Shown: positions 18,686-28,650, numbered from the stretch's first letter. The stretch is DNA of 64,000 nt from a virus (IMGVR_UViG_3300050343_000256:20979-84978), one strand, 5' to 3'. The notes: a model not told the origin generated them from the sequence alone. Translations and numbers: made by a program.

Positions 18686-18877
18686 CTACATCCAGGGCCA
18701 ACTAATTACTACATCTCCCTTCCAGAGCTCGGGGTCGATGGGAGTCTTCTTGACATAATTTCTAAATGCCTGCTGAAATTCAGCCAGCGGCATCCCGACA
18801 TTTTTCGCCGCATGGGCGACATTTGTTTGGCCTCTGTAGCAATCGTGCAGGGCTTCCTCCAGAGAGGTAATCATCAA
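18686..18877 (-). CDS. small HTH-like protein
   Basis: NVAHAAKNVGMPLAEF. Confidence 0.55.
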   Translation of the reverse strand: MMITSLEEALHDCYRGQTNVAHAAKNVGMPLAEFQQAFRNYVKKTPIDPELWKGDVVISWPWM

Positions 18878-18939
18878 GAAAAATCCGTAGAAAGAACGCT
18901 AACGATTTCGCTAAGGCCTACTCGGCACTGCCCCTGGAT

Positions 18940-19140
18940 TTAGCACTCCATATTTTCAAGGTTGTAATCCAGTAGACATCGGTAAACCTGATCCTTTTTC
19001 TTAACGAGAAATGCTTGCTCAGCTGGGTCCCCTCCAGGCCAGAGCTCAAGCGCCTTGCATGTCGTTCTGTACTCAAGCCTGAGGCTGTTAATGCAGTAAG
19101 AGAAACTAGCGACTGGCTGAGAGTCCATTACTAATAACAA
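18940..19140 (-). CDS. small cyanophage-type hypothetical protein
   Basis: WPGGDPAEQ motif. Confidence 0.6.
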   Translation of the reverse strand: MLLVMDSQPVASFSYCINSLRLEYRTTCKALELWPGGDPAEQAFLVKKKDQVYRCLLDYNLENMEC

Positions 19141-19164
19141 TTAGTTGAGTTCATCACAGTTATT

Positions 19165-20037
19165 TTATGGAATCCTAATGTCAATGTCATACGGCTTGGG
19201 CTTGAACGGTGACAAATACAAGGCTGCACGCGCTGCTCGAGTCAGCGGAGATGCGGTTGAGTCTTTACCAGCGGCGTGCATTTTTTGCTTGTAGTTGCGA
19301 CTGTCCGCAGGAGGACGCATCATCATTCTCTCTGGCGTGTTTTGCTCTTCTGAAATCAAGTTATTAAGTCGAACCTTGGCTTCAGGGTCGTAGATGCTTT
19401 GGACCTGCAGCAAGGCCTTGTCGGGGCGGAAGGAGCCTGAAACAAGATCGGGATCCTCTGCCTCATTGACCATGTCGTAGGTATCTTTAATTCGAACAGA
19501 ACCGTCATCACCGACGTCAGCCATGAAACGACCCAGCGTCTGCGTAACAGCTTTGTCGCTTGTCAATCCGTAAGGATTAACAGGGCCAGACGTCGGCACA
19601 CCAGGCCCCGCTTTCATAGTGATTTTCTGAACGGGTTCTTTACTAAGGCCTCCAGGGAACAGTGAGTCAAAGTCCCCGCTTCGCGCTGCTTGGCTCTTTC
19701 GCAGCCTTTCAGCAAGCGATTGGTCCAAGGGGGTGACTTCGGGAAGCCCTAGCTGTTTGTTTTCCAGCTTGCGTGCATCGGTTTTTGCTTCATCAACCAT
19801 GGCTGCAAAACGAGATTCCTCTTCTGGGCTCATCAGGAACAAATCTCGAGCGACTTCTTTGGTGTCGACATATTCGACAGTCTGATCAGGCTGTTCCGTA
19901 GCCGCCCTGAGCGAACGGATTGTTGAGTCATCAAGCTCCAAGCTTTCATTGCCGACACCAGACACGTACCTAAGGAACAGGTTCATGCGGTCGGGAAGAA
20001 TATTTAGAGCATGACCTGCCAAACGCTTTAAGGGCAT
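19165..20037 (-). CDS. hypothetical (probable virion) protein
   Basis: 290 aa; N-terminal RLAG motif. Confidence 0.65.
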   Translation of the reverse strand: MPLKRLAGHALNILPDRMNLFLRYVSGVGNESLELDDSTIRSLRAATEQPDQTVEYVDTKEVARDLFLMSPEEESRFAAMVDEAKTDARKLENKQLGLPEVTPLDQSLAERLRKSQAARSGDFDSLFPGGLSKEPVQKITMKAGPGVPTSGPVNPYGLTSDKAVTQTLGRFMADVGDDGSVRIKDTYDMVNEAEDPDLVSGSFRPDKALLQVQSIYDPEAKVRLNNLISEEQNTPERMMMRPPADSRNYKQKMHAAGKDSTASPLTRAARAALYLSPFKPKPYDIDIRIP

Positions 20038-20043
20038 CTTTAC

Positions 20044-20331
20044 TTACCAGGAGTAATTACAGGACCAATAGCCAGGCGTCGTCTTATCTTTTTTCTCTGA
20101 ACAATTGTGGCGACTGCGAAAGTTTTTTCTCCGATCAGCATCACCATGACCGGAGCCTTTTTTTCCGCCCTCGGAATGATGCTCCATATTTGGATCACCA
20201 AAGCGGACGATTTTATCTTTACCGTTCTTGTCTTTGACTAAGACTGCAAACTTCTTATTTTCGCCAGGAGTTTTTTTGGGCTTGTTGTAGCCACTAAATA
20301 CTTCTCCTGCATAGCGAATTTTCTTGCTCAT
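20044..20331 (-). CDS. conserved basic phage protein
   Basis: GYNKPK...KIVRFGD...FRSRHNC...GYWSC. Confidence 0.75.
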   Translation of the reverse strand: MSKKIRYAGEVFSGYNKPKKTPGENKKFAVLVKDKNGKDKIVRFGDPNMEHHSEGGKKGSGHGDADRRKNFRSRHNCSEKKDKTTPGYWSCNYSW

Positions 20332-20534
20332 GATTTACTCCGGTACGCAGTGGCACGCCGACGAGCCTCCGCTGCTGCCTTTGTGTTCTTGACCTGATGA
20401 TTCACTGGCTTGCCTTTCGACGCACGCTTCTTCTTGTCGTCAGTCGCTTTGCGCTCCTCTTTCGTCATCGAGGCCCAGGCTGCCTTGGGGAGGTAACGCT
20501 CTGTACGACCTTTCTCGCGTGCTTTATCAGTCAT
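20328..20534 (-). CDS. basic protein resembling the C-terminal half of DUF5872
   Basis: TERYLPKAAWASMTKEERKATD. Confidence 0.65.
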   Translation of the reverse strand: MTDKAREKGRTERYLPKAAWASMTKEERKATDDKKKRASKGKPVNHQVKNTKAAAEARRRATAYRSKS

Positions 20535-20896
20535 TAAAAGGGCATGTCCGAATCATTGGGTACAAGGTTTTTTGATTGCAGGTAACTTGCAATGCGGACA
20601 ATTTGCTCAGCCGCTGCTCGCTTCGTCTCAGGCGTTTTTAGGTATTCCGGTCCTTGGCCACTAGGGTCTACATATCGATAATCTGGATTAGCGCTAAGGG
20701 CCTCTAGGATCTGACGAAGTTCCAACTCATGGTCTGCAATCTCCTGGATCGATGGTGATTCGACCATGCCGTATTGGTCGTAACCAAGATCTTCGTCCGA
20801 TAAATACATCGGTCGACCCTTTGCATCTCGACCACCCTTATCTTCAGCCAAAAGCCGAAGGACATCAACATTGCCAGCCAGACGTTGAGCAATCAT
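20534..20896 (-). CDS. hypothetical protein
   Basis: N-terminal RLAG; 1-bp overlaps on both sides. Confidence 0.6.
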   Translation of the reverse strand: MIAQRLAGNVDVLRLLAEDKGGRDAKGRPMYLSDEDLGYDQYGMVESPSIQEIADHELELRQILEALSANPDYRYVDPSGQGPEYLKTPETKRAAAEQIVRIASYLQSKNLVPNDSDMPF

Positions 20897-21123
20897 TATT
20901 TCTTCCCCTCGTACTCCTCTTTAGTCTGCCAATCTTCTTTGGACCACTTACTTAATTTATTGCTAGAAGATTTCTTCCCTTCATACTGACCACCTTCCTG
21001 TTTGTAATATTTAGTGGCAAGTTGCATCGCACGAGCAGAATGCCCACCCATTTTTTTCTGGGCTTTAGCTTTTGCTTTTGCCCAAAGCTCGGGGTTCTTT
21101 TTCTTAGCAGTACCGTCTGACAT
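20896..21123 (-). CDS. basic protein resembling the N-terminal half of DUF5872
   Basis: NPELW...HSARAMQLA...YKQEGG.Y...LSKWSKEDWQTK. Confidence 0.65.
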   Translation of the reverse strand: MSDGTAKKKNPELWAKAKAKAQKKMGGHSARAMQLATKYYKQEGGQYEGKKSSSNKLSKWSKEDWQTKEEYEGKK

Positions 21124-22094
21124 CAGGAAAAACGCTGGTTGTAATAATCACGAGTCGAATTTGTCAGCCCACGAGTTAATTCGCCCCTGTTCCGCTTGAG
21201 CTGACCAGGGACGTAATTCTTAGCGGAACCTGTACTGCCGCTGATAGGTTTCACCACGCTTGAGGATTCAGCATCGCCAGGTGTCGGACCAGCTGAAGTT
21301 ACGTCCTGAACAGATACCGATGTTTTAGGCCCAGAGGAGATTTGATCGCCACCAGTATCAAAAGTTCCAGTAATATTTTCTGGCACATCTCTAGGAGACC
21401 CGTCTTCATTAAATGTACTAATTCTCCCTGAGGCTGAAATGGGAACCGTATTAGGCATGCCCCCACCTTCGGCAACAACCTCGTTGAACTTGTCTTGATA
21501 TTGCTGCGGAGCGTTGCTTGCCGCCTTAGCCCGAATGGACTCGACGTATCCAGCAGGGGCCTGGTCGCCAGGCTTCAATGAACGTAGTGGATGGGTGCTT
21601 TCCTTTGCAGCCCTGTCGTCTTTAATCTTTTTAATCGTTTTTTCGTAAGAGCTTAGTTGTGGTCCAGCTTCGACATCAGCTTGCACTTGCGAATAGTAAG
21701 CATTGTCCCGATACTTGGGGGCAACGTACTTTGAAGGCCCGACACTGGAACGCTTGGGACTCGCTACTGCCTCCTCAATGGATTCACCAACATAACCAGC
21801 TTTCCTGATCTGGTTATCATCCATCCCCCTGTATTTAGCTTGCAAGTAAGCCGCTTTGCTCGTGGCTCTCGCTCCTCGGAATGGATTGTGATACTGCTGA
21901 AAACTGGCATGATTTCCGCCCGGTGTTTGGGCGTACATGTCTTGTTTCGCCGCATGAATCTCTGCATTATGTTCTTTATGCGCTTTTGCAAAGTTGGCCA
22001 TCCTGGCCCAACCGTCAACCGCACCTTTATTAAGTTGTGCTTGACGCGCCTTAACCTTGGCCATGGCGGCGTCATAGCGGGAATAGTTAATCAC
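21123..22094 (-). CDS. probable virion protein; C-terminal paralog of 36506-37690
   Basis: shared PGDA..VVKPI segment and YYNQRFS end. Confidence 0.65.
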   Translation of the reverse strand: MINYSRYDAAMAKVKARQAQLNKGAVDGWARMANFAKAHKEHNAEIHAAKQDMYAQTPGGNHASFQQYHNPFRGARATSKAAYLQAKYRGMDDNQIRKAGYVGESIEEAVASPKRSSVGPSKYVAPKYRDNAYYSQVQADVEAGPQLSSYEKTIKKIKDDRAAKESTHPLRSLKPGDQAPAGYVESIRAKAASNAPQQYQDKFNEVVAEGGGMPNTVPISASGRISTFNEDGSPRDVPENITGTFDTGGDQISSGPKTSVSVQDVTSAGPTPGDAESSSVVKPISGSTGSAKNYVPGQLKRNRGELTRGLTNSTRDYYNQRFS

Positions 22095-22132
22095 TTAATT
22101 TGCCCTCGGCTTGTTTATCTTGAGTTGCCATA

Positions 22133-22462
22133 TCAGACTCCTTTTAAAAATCCAGGAAGCGCTGTCTTGCCTCTAATTTGCCTGTGCTTTTCTTCTGCTA
22201 AACCACTATTAGGAAGCTCCTCAAGGGCTTGTTTAGTCATGTATTCCAATCCACCCCGGCGTGGATTGATTTGACCGTAGTCTCCACCACGGAAACCACC
22301 TGCGACTAGCTCACCGGAGAGGGCATCAAGAAAACCTTCTGCAATAGCCTCCTCCATAGCAGCATCTTGCGGCCTAGCGCCCTGGGCAGCTTCACCCATA
22401 TAGACAACAACGTCAGGACTCAGTCCTAACCCTGCTCCTGCCAATCGCGAAACAGAGTTCAA
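22133..22462 (-). CDS. hypothetical protein
   Basis: N-terminal RLAG; TAGAAT 26 nt upstream. Confidence 0.6.
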   Translation of the reverse strand: MNSVSRLAGAGLGLSPDVVVYMGEAAQGARPQDAAMEEAIAEGFLDALSGELVAGGFRGGDYGQINPRRGGLEYMTKQALEELPNSGLAEEKHRQIRGKTALPGFLKGV

Positions 22463-22494
22463 AATACAACGGTCTAAGTATTGACACTATTCTA

Positions 22495-22710
22495 TTATTT
22501 TTTAACACCCAAACCTTTTTCCAGCACTGGCCTTAGCTCAGATGCAATGGGAAAATGCCGAAGCAAAGCTCTGGCTTCCCGGCGTATTTCGCCAGGAACG
22601 CGAGGACTTTCCTTGGTATCTGTAAGTCTCAGGAGAAAATCCCTAGTCGCAACCACAGCACTGACCTGCTGCATTGGATTGGAAATGAAACGACGAACTC
22701 TTTCAAGCAT
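22495..22710 (-). CDS. conserved small phage protein
   Basis: TRDFLLRL....PRVP..IRREARALLRHFP. Confidence 0.7.
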   Translation of the reverse strand: MLERVRRFISNPMQQVSAVVATRDFLLRLTDTKESPRVPGEIRREARALLRHFPIASELRPVLEKGLGVKK

Positions 22711-22891
22711 CTTTCAAATGCCAGTTACGAACTTCTTGATCAGCAGCTTCTTCACCAATGAGAAGGCAGTGAGCTTTATACAGACCCGTATATGTACTGC
22801 GAAGGCCTAGAGGCGCTTTTTCTCTGTTGTACAGGTTGTAAAGATACTGGATATGTGCGGCCCTATTTCTTTGCAGCTGTACGTCCGACAT
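22703..22891 (-). CDS. small cyanophage-type hypothetical protein
   Basis: YLY..Y.R...TYTGL motif. Confidence 0.6.
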   Translation of the reverse strand: MSDVQLQRNRAAHIQYLYNLYNREKAPLGLRSTYTGLYKAHCLLIGEEAADQEVRNWHLKDA

Positions 22892-22900
22892 CAGAGATAA

Positions 22901-23170
22901 ATGCTTTTCGAAAGCCTAGGCACTCACGAGCCGTGTCAGGCAATCAAATCGAAAGACTATTGCCATAATGTGGTGAAAATCCACGGTCCCATGACGAAGC
23001 CGACGCCAATCGAGATCGATGACTTCTACAAAACATGGTGGCTTGAAAATTACATGACGCCATTAAACAGGACCCCCATGGGGCTTGTTGAATTCGCTGA
23101 GGCTTTTCATGACAAGTATTGCAGCACTCAGGAATCAAGCGACTGCATAAAGCCAGGATTGACGGATTAA
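22901..23170 (+). CDS. hypothetical protein
   Basis: true start probably the internal MTKPTP. Confidence 0.45.
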   Translation: MLFESLGTHEPCQAIKSKDYCHNVVKIHGPMTKPTPIEIDDFYKTWWLENYMTPLNRTPMGLVEFAEAFHDKYCSTQESSDCIKPGLTD

Positions 23171-23204
23171 AAGTTTCTAGACTTGGCACAGCAAGTTACA
23201 CGTC

Positions 23205-23348
23205 ATGTCTAGCGAACACCTCGCTCTGATTGCCATCATCGTGGCAGCAGCAAGCGAAATCATCGGGATGAACAAAAAGCTCAACAGCAACAGCGTTGTT
23301 CAGCTTGTCTTGTCTGGCTTGAAGTCAGCTTTCCCGAAAAAGAAGTAG
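23205..23348 (+). CDS. small membrane protein, holin-like (47 aa, not in ORF track)
   Basis: MSSEHLALIAIIVAAASEIIGMNKKLNSNSVVQLVLSGLKSAFPKKK. Confidence 0.65.
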   Translation: MSSEHLALIAIIVAAASEIIGMNKKLNSNSVVQLVLSGLKSAFPKKK

Positions 23349-23407
23349 ACATGCGGTGACGAAAAACTGCTTGGGACTCATCATTCCAAGCGGCTTCGTG
23401 GCGTAGC

Positions 23408-23719
23408 TTGTCGCCTCTTCGCCGTCTCAAAATGTCCATCGAACAAACGGTTAAACCCAAACCAAAGACAAAAGAAAATAAATTTGAATGGGCCGACGAG
23501 GGCGTATCTGTTCTTGTACGAGTCGTCATCCTGGGCTGGTCAGCAGCAATTCTGACCCTCAACTATGTAACTGTCCCAGGGATCCCACAAAAGAATATAG
23601 ATCCGACTTTTATTGCCAGCGTCTTCACAACGACCTTGACGACATTCGGCGTCATGGCAGCTAAGAAAAAAGAAGAGAAGCAACCCGAACCCCAAAAAAC
23701 TGAAGGCCTTACCAAATGA
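23408..23719 (+). CDS. two-TM membrane protein (cyanophage/picocyanobacterial cluster)
   Basis: VRVVILGWSAAILTLNY...IDPTFIASVF. Confidence 0.75.
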   Translation: MSPLRRLKMSIEQTVKPKPKTKENKFEWADEGVSVLVRVVILGWSAAILTLNYVTVPGIPQKNIDPTFIASVFTTTLTTFGVMAAKKKEEKQPEPQKTEGLTK

Positions 23720-24231
23720 AAAAGCATCTCATTGTCTTAGCAGTGATTGGAATGGCATCGGCAATTCCAGCTCATGCTGATATCACTCATCGAATCCAGA
23801 CATCGGTCCAGATGTCAGTTGACGCTGCTGCCTCTGCGGCGACCAGAATCGGTAGCACCTATTCAGTCAGTGGTTCAAACTTGACCACGACAGATGGAAC
23901 GACTGCAGGCAACATCGGAAGACTGGGAACACTTTCATCTGGTAGCGGTGTTGGCTTTACTGGTACAACCGCCTCGGTGAAAGATGCAGGAGAAAGCTTT
24001 AACTTTGCCGAGACGTATATCGAAGGCGATGCGCATCATGCCGGTAGCTCTGTTTCATCAGGTGTTGTCGGAACTCTTCCCGTCTACGGCGTGACGGTTA
24101 CTCAAGCTGGCGGTGTGGCAGGGAATCTAGCCGGGACCATCGGTACAGACGGGGCTATGACCTTGACTCCAGGGGGAGCAGGCACTTCTATCACTGGGCA
24201 GCACGTGAGCGAAATCTCTATTTTTAATTAG
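23716..24231 (+). CDS. secreted Gly/Thr-rich protein
   Basis: signal peptide AHA|DITH; ATRIGSTYSVSG. Confidence 0.75.
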   Translation: MKKHLIVLAVIGMASAIPAHADITHRIQTSVQMSVDAAASAATRIGSTYSVSGSNLTTTDGTTAGNIGRLGTLSSGSGVGFTGTTASVKDAGESFNFAETYIEGDAHHAGSSVSSGVVGTLPVYGVTVTQAGGVAGNLAGTIGTDGAMTLTPGGAGTSITGQHVSEISIFN

Positions 24232-24236
24232 TCATA

Positions 24237-24668
24237 ATGCTGATCTTTTTCTTGGCACTGTTTGCAATAACCGCAAACGAAGCGAAAGCTGTCCCAGTAG
24301 TGCCCTCATTTACACAAGGAAGCATGAATTCCCATACGGAAACGAGCACTAAAATAACCGAGCTCATTAAGTCTGTAGATTACAACACAGGTTATACGTA
24401 CTCAGTCAGCGGAGAGAATGTTGCACCAAGCTCTGGGCGAATAAGTCCAAACGCTGCCGCAACAAACATCCAAGTTGACGCGGAGACGCAAGCAACGTGG
24501 ACACAAGCAGATTTAGCCAGCAAGCCGGATTGGAAGATCGTCAGCCCTGGCGGCAGCTTTCAATTCGTCGAACATTACACAGCACCGGGACTGGCAAACG
24601 TAACCCTGATCGATCGAACAATCGAGACGCAAAGCGTAACCGATACCGTAAGTATCTTTCAGCGCTGA
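24237..24668 (+). CDS. secreted protein
   Basis: signal peptide AKA|VPVVPSFTQGSM. Confidence 0.75.
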   Translation: MLIFFLALFAITANEAKAVPVVPSFTQGSMNSHTETSTKITELIKSVDYNTGYTYSVSGENVAPSSGRISPNAAATNIQVDAETQATWTQADLASKPDWKIVSPGGSFQFVEHYTAPGLANVTLIDRTIETQSVTDTVSIFQR

Positions 24669-25426
24669 TTGCAATCTGTGTGACACCAACTTCCGCCTTC
24701 GCCAACAACGTAGGCGGAGTTAGTGCAACAGCTAACCCTATTGCCCAGTCATCTTCTTCAGTACAGAACCAGGCCATTCAGGTACTGCAGGGGCCGTACA
24801 TCAACTCTGCGGTCACAGCGGGAGTTCAGTGCCAAGGCCCGACACTAAATATCACCCCGTTTGTGACGCATTCGCATTCGTATCAGATGCCATTCGAGGG
24901 GGTATACCAAGAGCCGGTGTACAACACAATTGATATTGTCGGCGCTTTCGATGAAGACGGGAATGCAATACCTGACGGAATACCAGACAACGGCTGGGGC
25001 AGTGTTGCTTACTACAAGCCAGTGAGAACCGGGCAAAAGGCAAGCAACAACCTGAACCTAGGTCTGTCAGCAACGGTTTCATTCCCTCTTGATGGTGGGA
25101 TTCAAGAGCGTTGCAAAGCTGCAATGAGTACTCAAAACAAGATTCAAGAGCAGATCCTTGCTAACAAAGCACTTGATTACACCTTGGCTCGATTACGTCA
25201 TTGCGGTGAACTCAGCCAAAAGGGCATTCAGTTTGCAGCCAACTCACCGTTTTATACGGTCTGCTCTGACGTGATTGCCAACCCGAAGAGAGTCAGCATT
25301 GCGCCTCATAAGCATGAGGTCACAATTACCCCATCAGATCTCGGGCTTGACGAATCAACTGATTCCTTGAACGCTGGGCAAGGGTCCTCTCCCGAAGCGA
25401 TCGAGGTTTCACCTGTTTCCCCATAG
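24497..25426 (+). CDS. secreted protein (start codon uncertain)
   Basis: signal-like RKYLSALIAICVTPTSAFA|NNVGGVSATANP; paired Cys residues. Confidence 0.7.
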   Translation: MDTSRFSQQAGLEDRQPWRQLSIRRTLHSTGTGKRNPDRSNNRDAKRNRYRKYLSALIAICVTPTSAFANNVGGVSATANPIAQSSSSVQNQAIQVLQGPYINSAVTAGVQCQGPTLNITPFVTHSHSYQMPFEGVYQEPVYNTIDIVGAFDEDGNAIPDGIPDNGWGSVAYYKPVRTGQKASNNLNLGLSATVSFPLDGGIQERCKAAMSTQNKIQEQILANKALDYTLARLRHCGELSQKGIQFAANSPFYTVCSDVIANPKRVSIAPHKHEVTITPSDLGLDESTDSLNAGQGSSPEAIEVSPVSP

Positions 25427-26081
25427 CTTTTTTAATCTTGGCAATGATCTTTTTGATCATTGGCTTAATTAGTTTTAGCAAAAAATTAGATATTGGCTTA
25501 GCTAATAGTGCAGATACCGTTGCAATAATTGCAATCGTCGCAGTAGTCGTTGCAGCCTCGAGTGGCGGCAAATATTGCGTTACTGTCTCAATAGCTTTAT
25601 TTTCTGGTTTCGCAACTGTAATACATTTGCCTTTCACTAGTATCTCTTTGTCTTTGCAACGAGGCTTTGAACTACTACTATTTTCAGTATTAGCAGTATT
25701 AATCGAATGCTTAGGCGTTGTCATTGCAGGGGGTATAGCTGGTGCTTCGGGCTTGTCCGCCTCTGCATTGCCGCCAACTTTCGGAACTTCAGTCTTTGGA
25801 TGAATTACGCTTAGCTCTGGCGTGTAATTCATTGAATTAAACGTTGGCATTCCTGCGTCACAGAAAATTGCAACTCGAGACGGATCGTTCTCAGTTAACG
25901 CTGGTGACAACTCCGAATCAATATGAGCCTCAACGCATCCAGGCATTTGAATGATTGGCAGCTGCATGCTGACACCATCTGGCAGGGACGGAATGGCTTC
26001 CGTGTAGAAGCTGATCGGAATATCCTTTATATCTACGTCTTTAACGGTATTAGCATTTATGCCAATATCCGGTATGGACAT
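25326..26081 (-). CDS. membrane protein of the same cluster
   Basis: PIIQMPGCVEAH...CDAG.P.F; C-terminal TM plus basic tail. Confidence 0.7.
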   Translation of the reverse strand: MSIPDIGINANTVKDVDIKDIPISFYTEAIPSLPDGVSMQLPIIQMPGCVEAHIDSELSPALTENDPSRVAIFCDAGMPTFNSMNYTPELSVIHPKTEVPKVGGNAEADKPEAPAIPPAMTTPKHSINTANTENSSSSKPRCKDKEILVKGKCITVAKPENKAIETVTQYLPPLEAATTTATIAIIATVSALLAKPISNFLLKLIKPMIKKIIAKIKKAMGKQVKPRSLRERTLAQRSRNQLIRQARDLMG

Positions 26082-26341
26082 TATTTAAACACTGGTAGTC
26101 CAGTCATAACCTTGCCACCTTTCGGCATAAGTTTTTCTTGAGACTTAAGCAAGTCAGTTTTCATGGCTTCCATATCTTTCGTGATATAACCAAACTCTTC
26201 CGTCAATCTTTCTTCGACTTGAAGAGCAACATCAGCCTGAAACAGCATAAGCTTCGCCAGTACAGTTTTATAAGCCCCATAAAAAACCAAGTTCAATGCG
26301 ACTAAATTTGCAGTAACTAACAACTTAAATATTAGATTCAT
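26081..26341 (-). CDS. small membrane protein
   Basis: N-terminal TM; 1-bp overlaps. Confidence 0.6.
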   Translation of the reverse strand: MNLIFKLLVTANLVALNLVFYGAYKTVLAKLMLFQADVALQVEERLTEEFGYITKDMEAMKTDLLKSQEKLMPKGGKVMTGLPVFK

Positions 26342-27459
26342 TATTCTGATCCGTCAACAATTATTCTGGCGTATTGAACAATTACCAAGCCATCGCCACC
26401 GGCAGGAACTCCAGTCATTTTGTAATACCCAGTACCACCACCACCACCGGCATTACCGCCTGATCCGGGCTGAGCGTAGCCAGGAGAACCACCACCACCA
26501 CCAAGCATCCCTCCATTTCCAGAATTTGGTGGATACTCAGTGGTGGTATATTTTCCACCACCGCCACCACCAGCTCCAGGCCCACCGTCAGTGCCAGGAA
26601 CTTGCTGTCTGTAACTGCTTTTTACGGTGTACATACCTGATGTTCCACCACCACCGCCTAAAAAAATTAAATTTGCATCGATAATCGAATTACCTTTACC
26701 TGATTCGCCTCTTGATTGGCAGCCATCTCCATAAGTGGTGTAATTCATAGAAATGCATCCAGAGCTGCCGCCGGCTCCTGAAAGTCCACCACCTGCCGGG
26801 TCGGGATGGTAGGAAGTCGAAGGAGACGCATTCTTCGGACATGTACTCATTGAGCCGCCACCTGAGCCCCCTGTGTAGTTTCCATTACTACCTACTCCTC
26901 CAATTCCGCCACCACCGCCACCTGCATATGTACTGCCTGAACCACCGGCAAAACCATCGCTAACTCCATAAGGAGCAGGGGCCGAACCGCCTCCGCCTCC
27001 ACCTGCATTGTTAGAAGCAGCGTAATAACCACTTCCTCCAGATCCACCTCTTTTATTTACATCTCCACCGACACCTAGTCCGCCAACTCCATAACCACTA
27101 GAGCCTTGATTGGCCGTATTAAATGAACCTCCATTTCCACCAGTCGCAGAGCAGTGACTGCCAAAACTTGAAGATCCTGCAACTGCATTGGCATTATTTG
27201 TGCCGCTGCCAATCGTTACCGCTTCGGTACTACCAAGTGCGCTTACGTCAATCAATTTGACCGCAAGTCCACCACCACCTCCGCCATACGCAGTAGTGGG
27301 AGAAAAACTGTAGTAGTCGTCTCCCATACCTCCAGCTCCCCAGACATGGACCAAGACTGGCTTTGTTTCGTCTATGTCAGAAGGCTTTGTCCATGTGAAT
27401 GAACCTCTGCGAGTATAGATTCTGTATTCGTTGTATAAGTAAGAATTAAAATTCGCCAT
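26341..27459 (-). CDS. glycine-rich fibre-like protein, type B
   Basis: MANFNSYLY start; VWGAGG, SSSFGSHCSATGG, GGDGLVIVQY. Confidence 0.8.
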   Translation of the reverse strand: MANFNSYLYNEYRIYTRRGSFTWTKPSDIDETKPVLVHVWGAGGMGDDYYSFSPTTAYGGGGGGLAVKLIDVSALGSTEAVTIGSGTNNANAVAGSSSFGSHCSATGGNGGSFNTANQGSSGYGVGGLGVGGDVNKRGGSGGSGYYAASNNAGGGGGGSAPAPYGVSDGFAGGSGSTYAGGGGGGIGGVGSNGNYTGGSGGGSMSTCPKNASPSTSYHPDPAGGGLSGAGGSSGCISMNYTTYGDGCQSRGESGKGNSIIDANLIFLGGGGGTSGMYTVKSSYRQQVPGTDGGPGAGGGGGGKYTTTEYPPNSGNGGMLGGGGGSPGYAQPGSGGNAGGGGGTGYYKMTGVPAGGDGLVIVQYARIIVDGSE

Positions 27460-27460
27460 C

Positions 27461-28585
27461 TCAGGCCACCTTGTACTGAATAATAATTAGGCCATGTCCG
27501 CCAAATCCGGGATAGCTGGTAGCACCACCACCACCGCCAGCGCTACCTCCATATCCTGCAGAGTTTTGTCCAGCAGCTCCACCACCACCGCCAAGGATTC
27601 CACCACCGCCGGCAACTAGGTAGGGATTGACTTCGCCATGGGTGCCGCATCCACCACCACCACCACCAGGGCCCCCTGGTGCGCCTGATGAATAAGCAGT
27701 TCCACTGCTGACCAACTTGGAAGTTCCGCCACCTCCACCACCGCCGCCAAACAAGATCTGGTTAGGAGTAAGTTTTACGCCTCCATCTCCTGATTTTGCG
27801 GGTGTCCCGTTACCGCCGCCGTAAGTGACATAGCCGTAATAGAGGCAACCTCCTGATCCACCGCCTCCTAATAAGCCTGGACCTCCATTACCGCAAGCGG
27901 CATACGAGCTGTTATCTGCGTATTGTCCTGCCCCAGCGGATCCACCGCCTCCGCCTCCTGTGTAAGACCCGTATCCACCAGGCCCTCCGATTCCGCCTCC
28001 GCCGCCAGCGCCATACGAGCTAGTACCGCCACCGGGGAAGCCATCAGAATCGCCATAAGGAGCAGGGGCTGAACCACCACCACCACCGCCACAGTTAGTA
28101 CCTGTGGAGTAATACGCACTGCCACCTGTTCCACCACGCTTATTAATATCTCCGCCGATACCTAGTCCGCCAACACCCCAATTAGCCCCAGAACCTTGAT
28201 TGGCAGTGGAATTACTACCACCATTTCCGCCAGTCGCAGAACAATGAGACCCGAAAGATGAAGATCCGCCTGTACCACTTGTCGACTGGTTTCCTGTGCC
28301 AATTGCTAAAGATTCAGAAGAACCTAAGGCGCTTGCATTTATGTATTTAACGGCGAGTCCGCCACCGCCTCCCCCATAGAGACTACTACTACTACCTCCA
28401 GAGCCTCCAGCTCCCCAAACATGAACAAGAATTCTCGATCCATCAACTAAACCAGCTGGCTTTTCCCAGGTTATAGAACCTGGATGCCAAAACATTTCAA
28501 ATTTATTAAATTCTCCTGGGAGTCCGCCACCGCCGCCGCCGCCGCCTCCGCCTGATCCACCTGTGCCCGGAAATCTTCTGCCCAT
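27461..28585 (-). CDS. glycine-rich fibre-like protein, type A
   Basis: MGRRFPG start; same core motifs; GGHGLIIIQYKV end. Confidence 0.8.
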   Translation of the reverse strand: MGRRFPGTGGSGGGGGGGGGGLPGEFNKFEMFWHPGSITWEKPAGLVDGSRILVHVWGAGGSGGSSSSLYGGGGGGLAVKYINASALGSSESLAIGTGNQSTSGTGGSSSFGSHCSATGGNGGSNSTANQGSGANWGVGGLGIGGDINKRGGTGGSAYYSTGTNCGGGGGGSAPAPYGDSDGFPGGGTSSYGAGGGGGIGGPGGYGSYTGGGGGGSAGAGQYADNSSYAACGNGGPGLLGGGGSGGCLYYGYVTYGGGNGTPAKSGDGGVKLTPNQILFGGGGGGGGTSKLVSSGTAYSSGAPGGPGGGGGGCGTHGEVNPYLVAGGGGILGGGGGAAGQNSAGYGGSAGGGGGATSYPGFGGHGLIIIQYKVA

Positions 28586-28650
28586 TTAATTAATTAACGC
28601 GCAACAATTGAGCGTCGGCTCTTGACTAAGTTTAGCGGTTACAGGAATTA

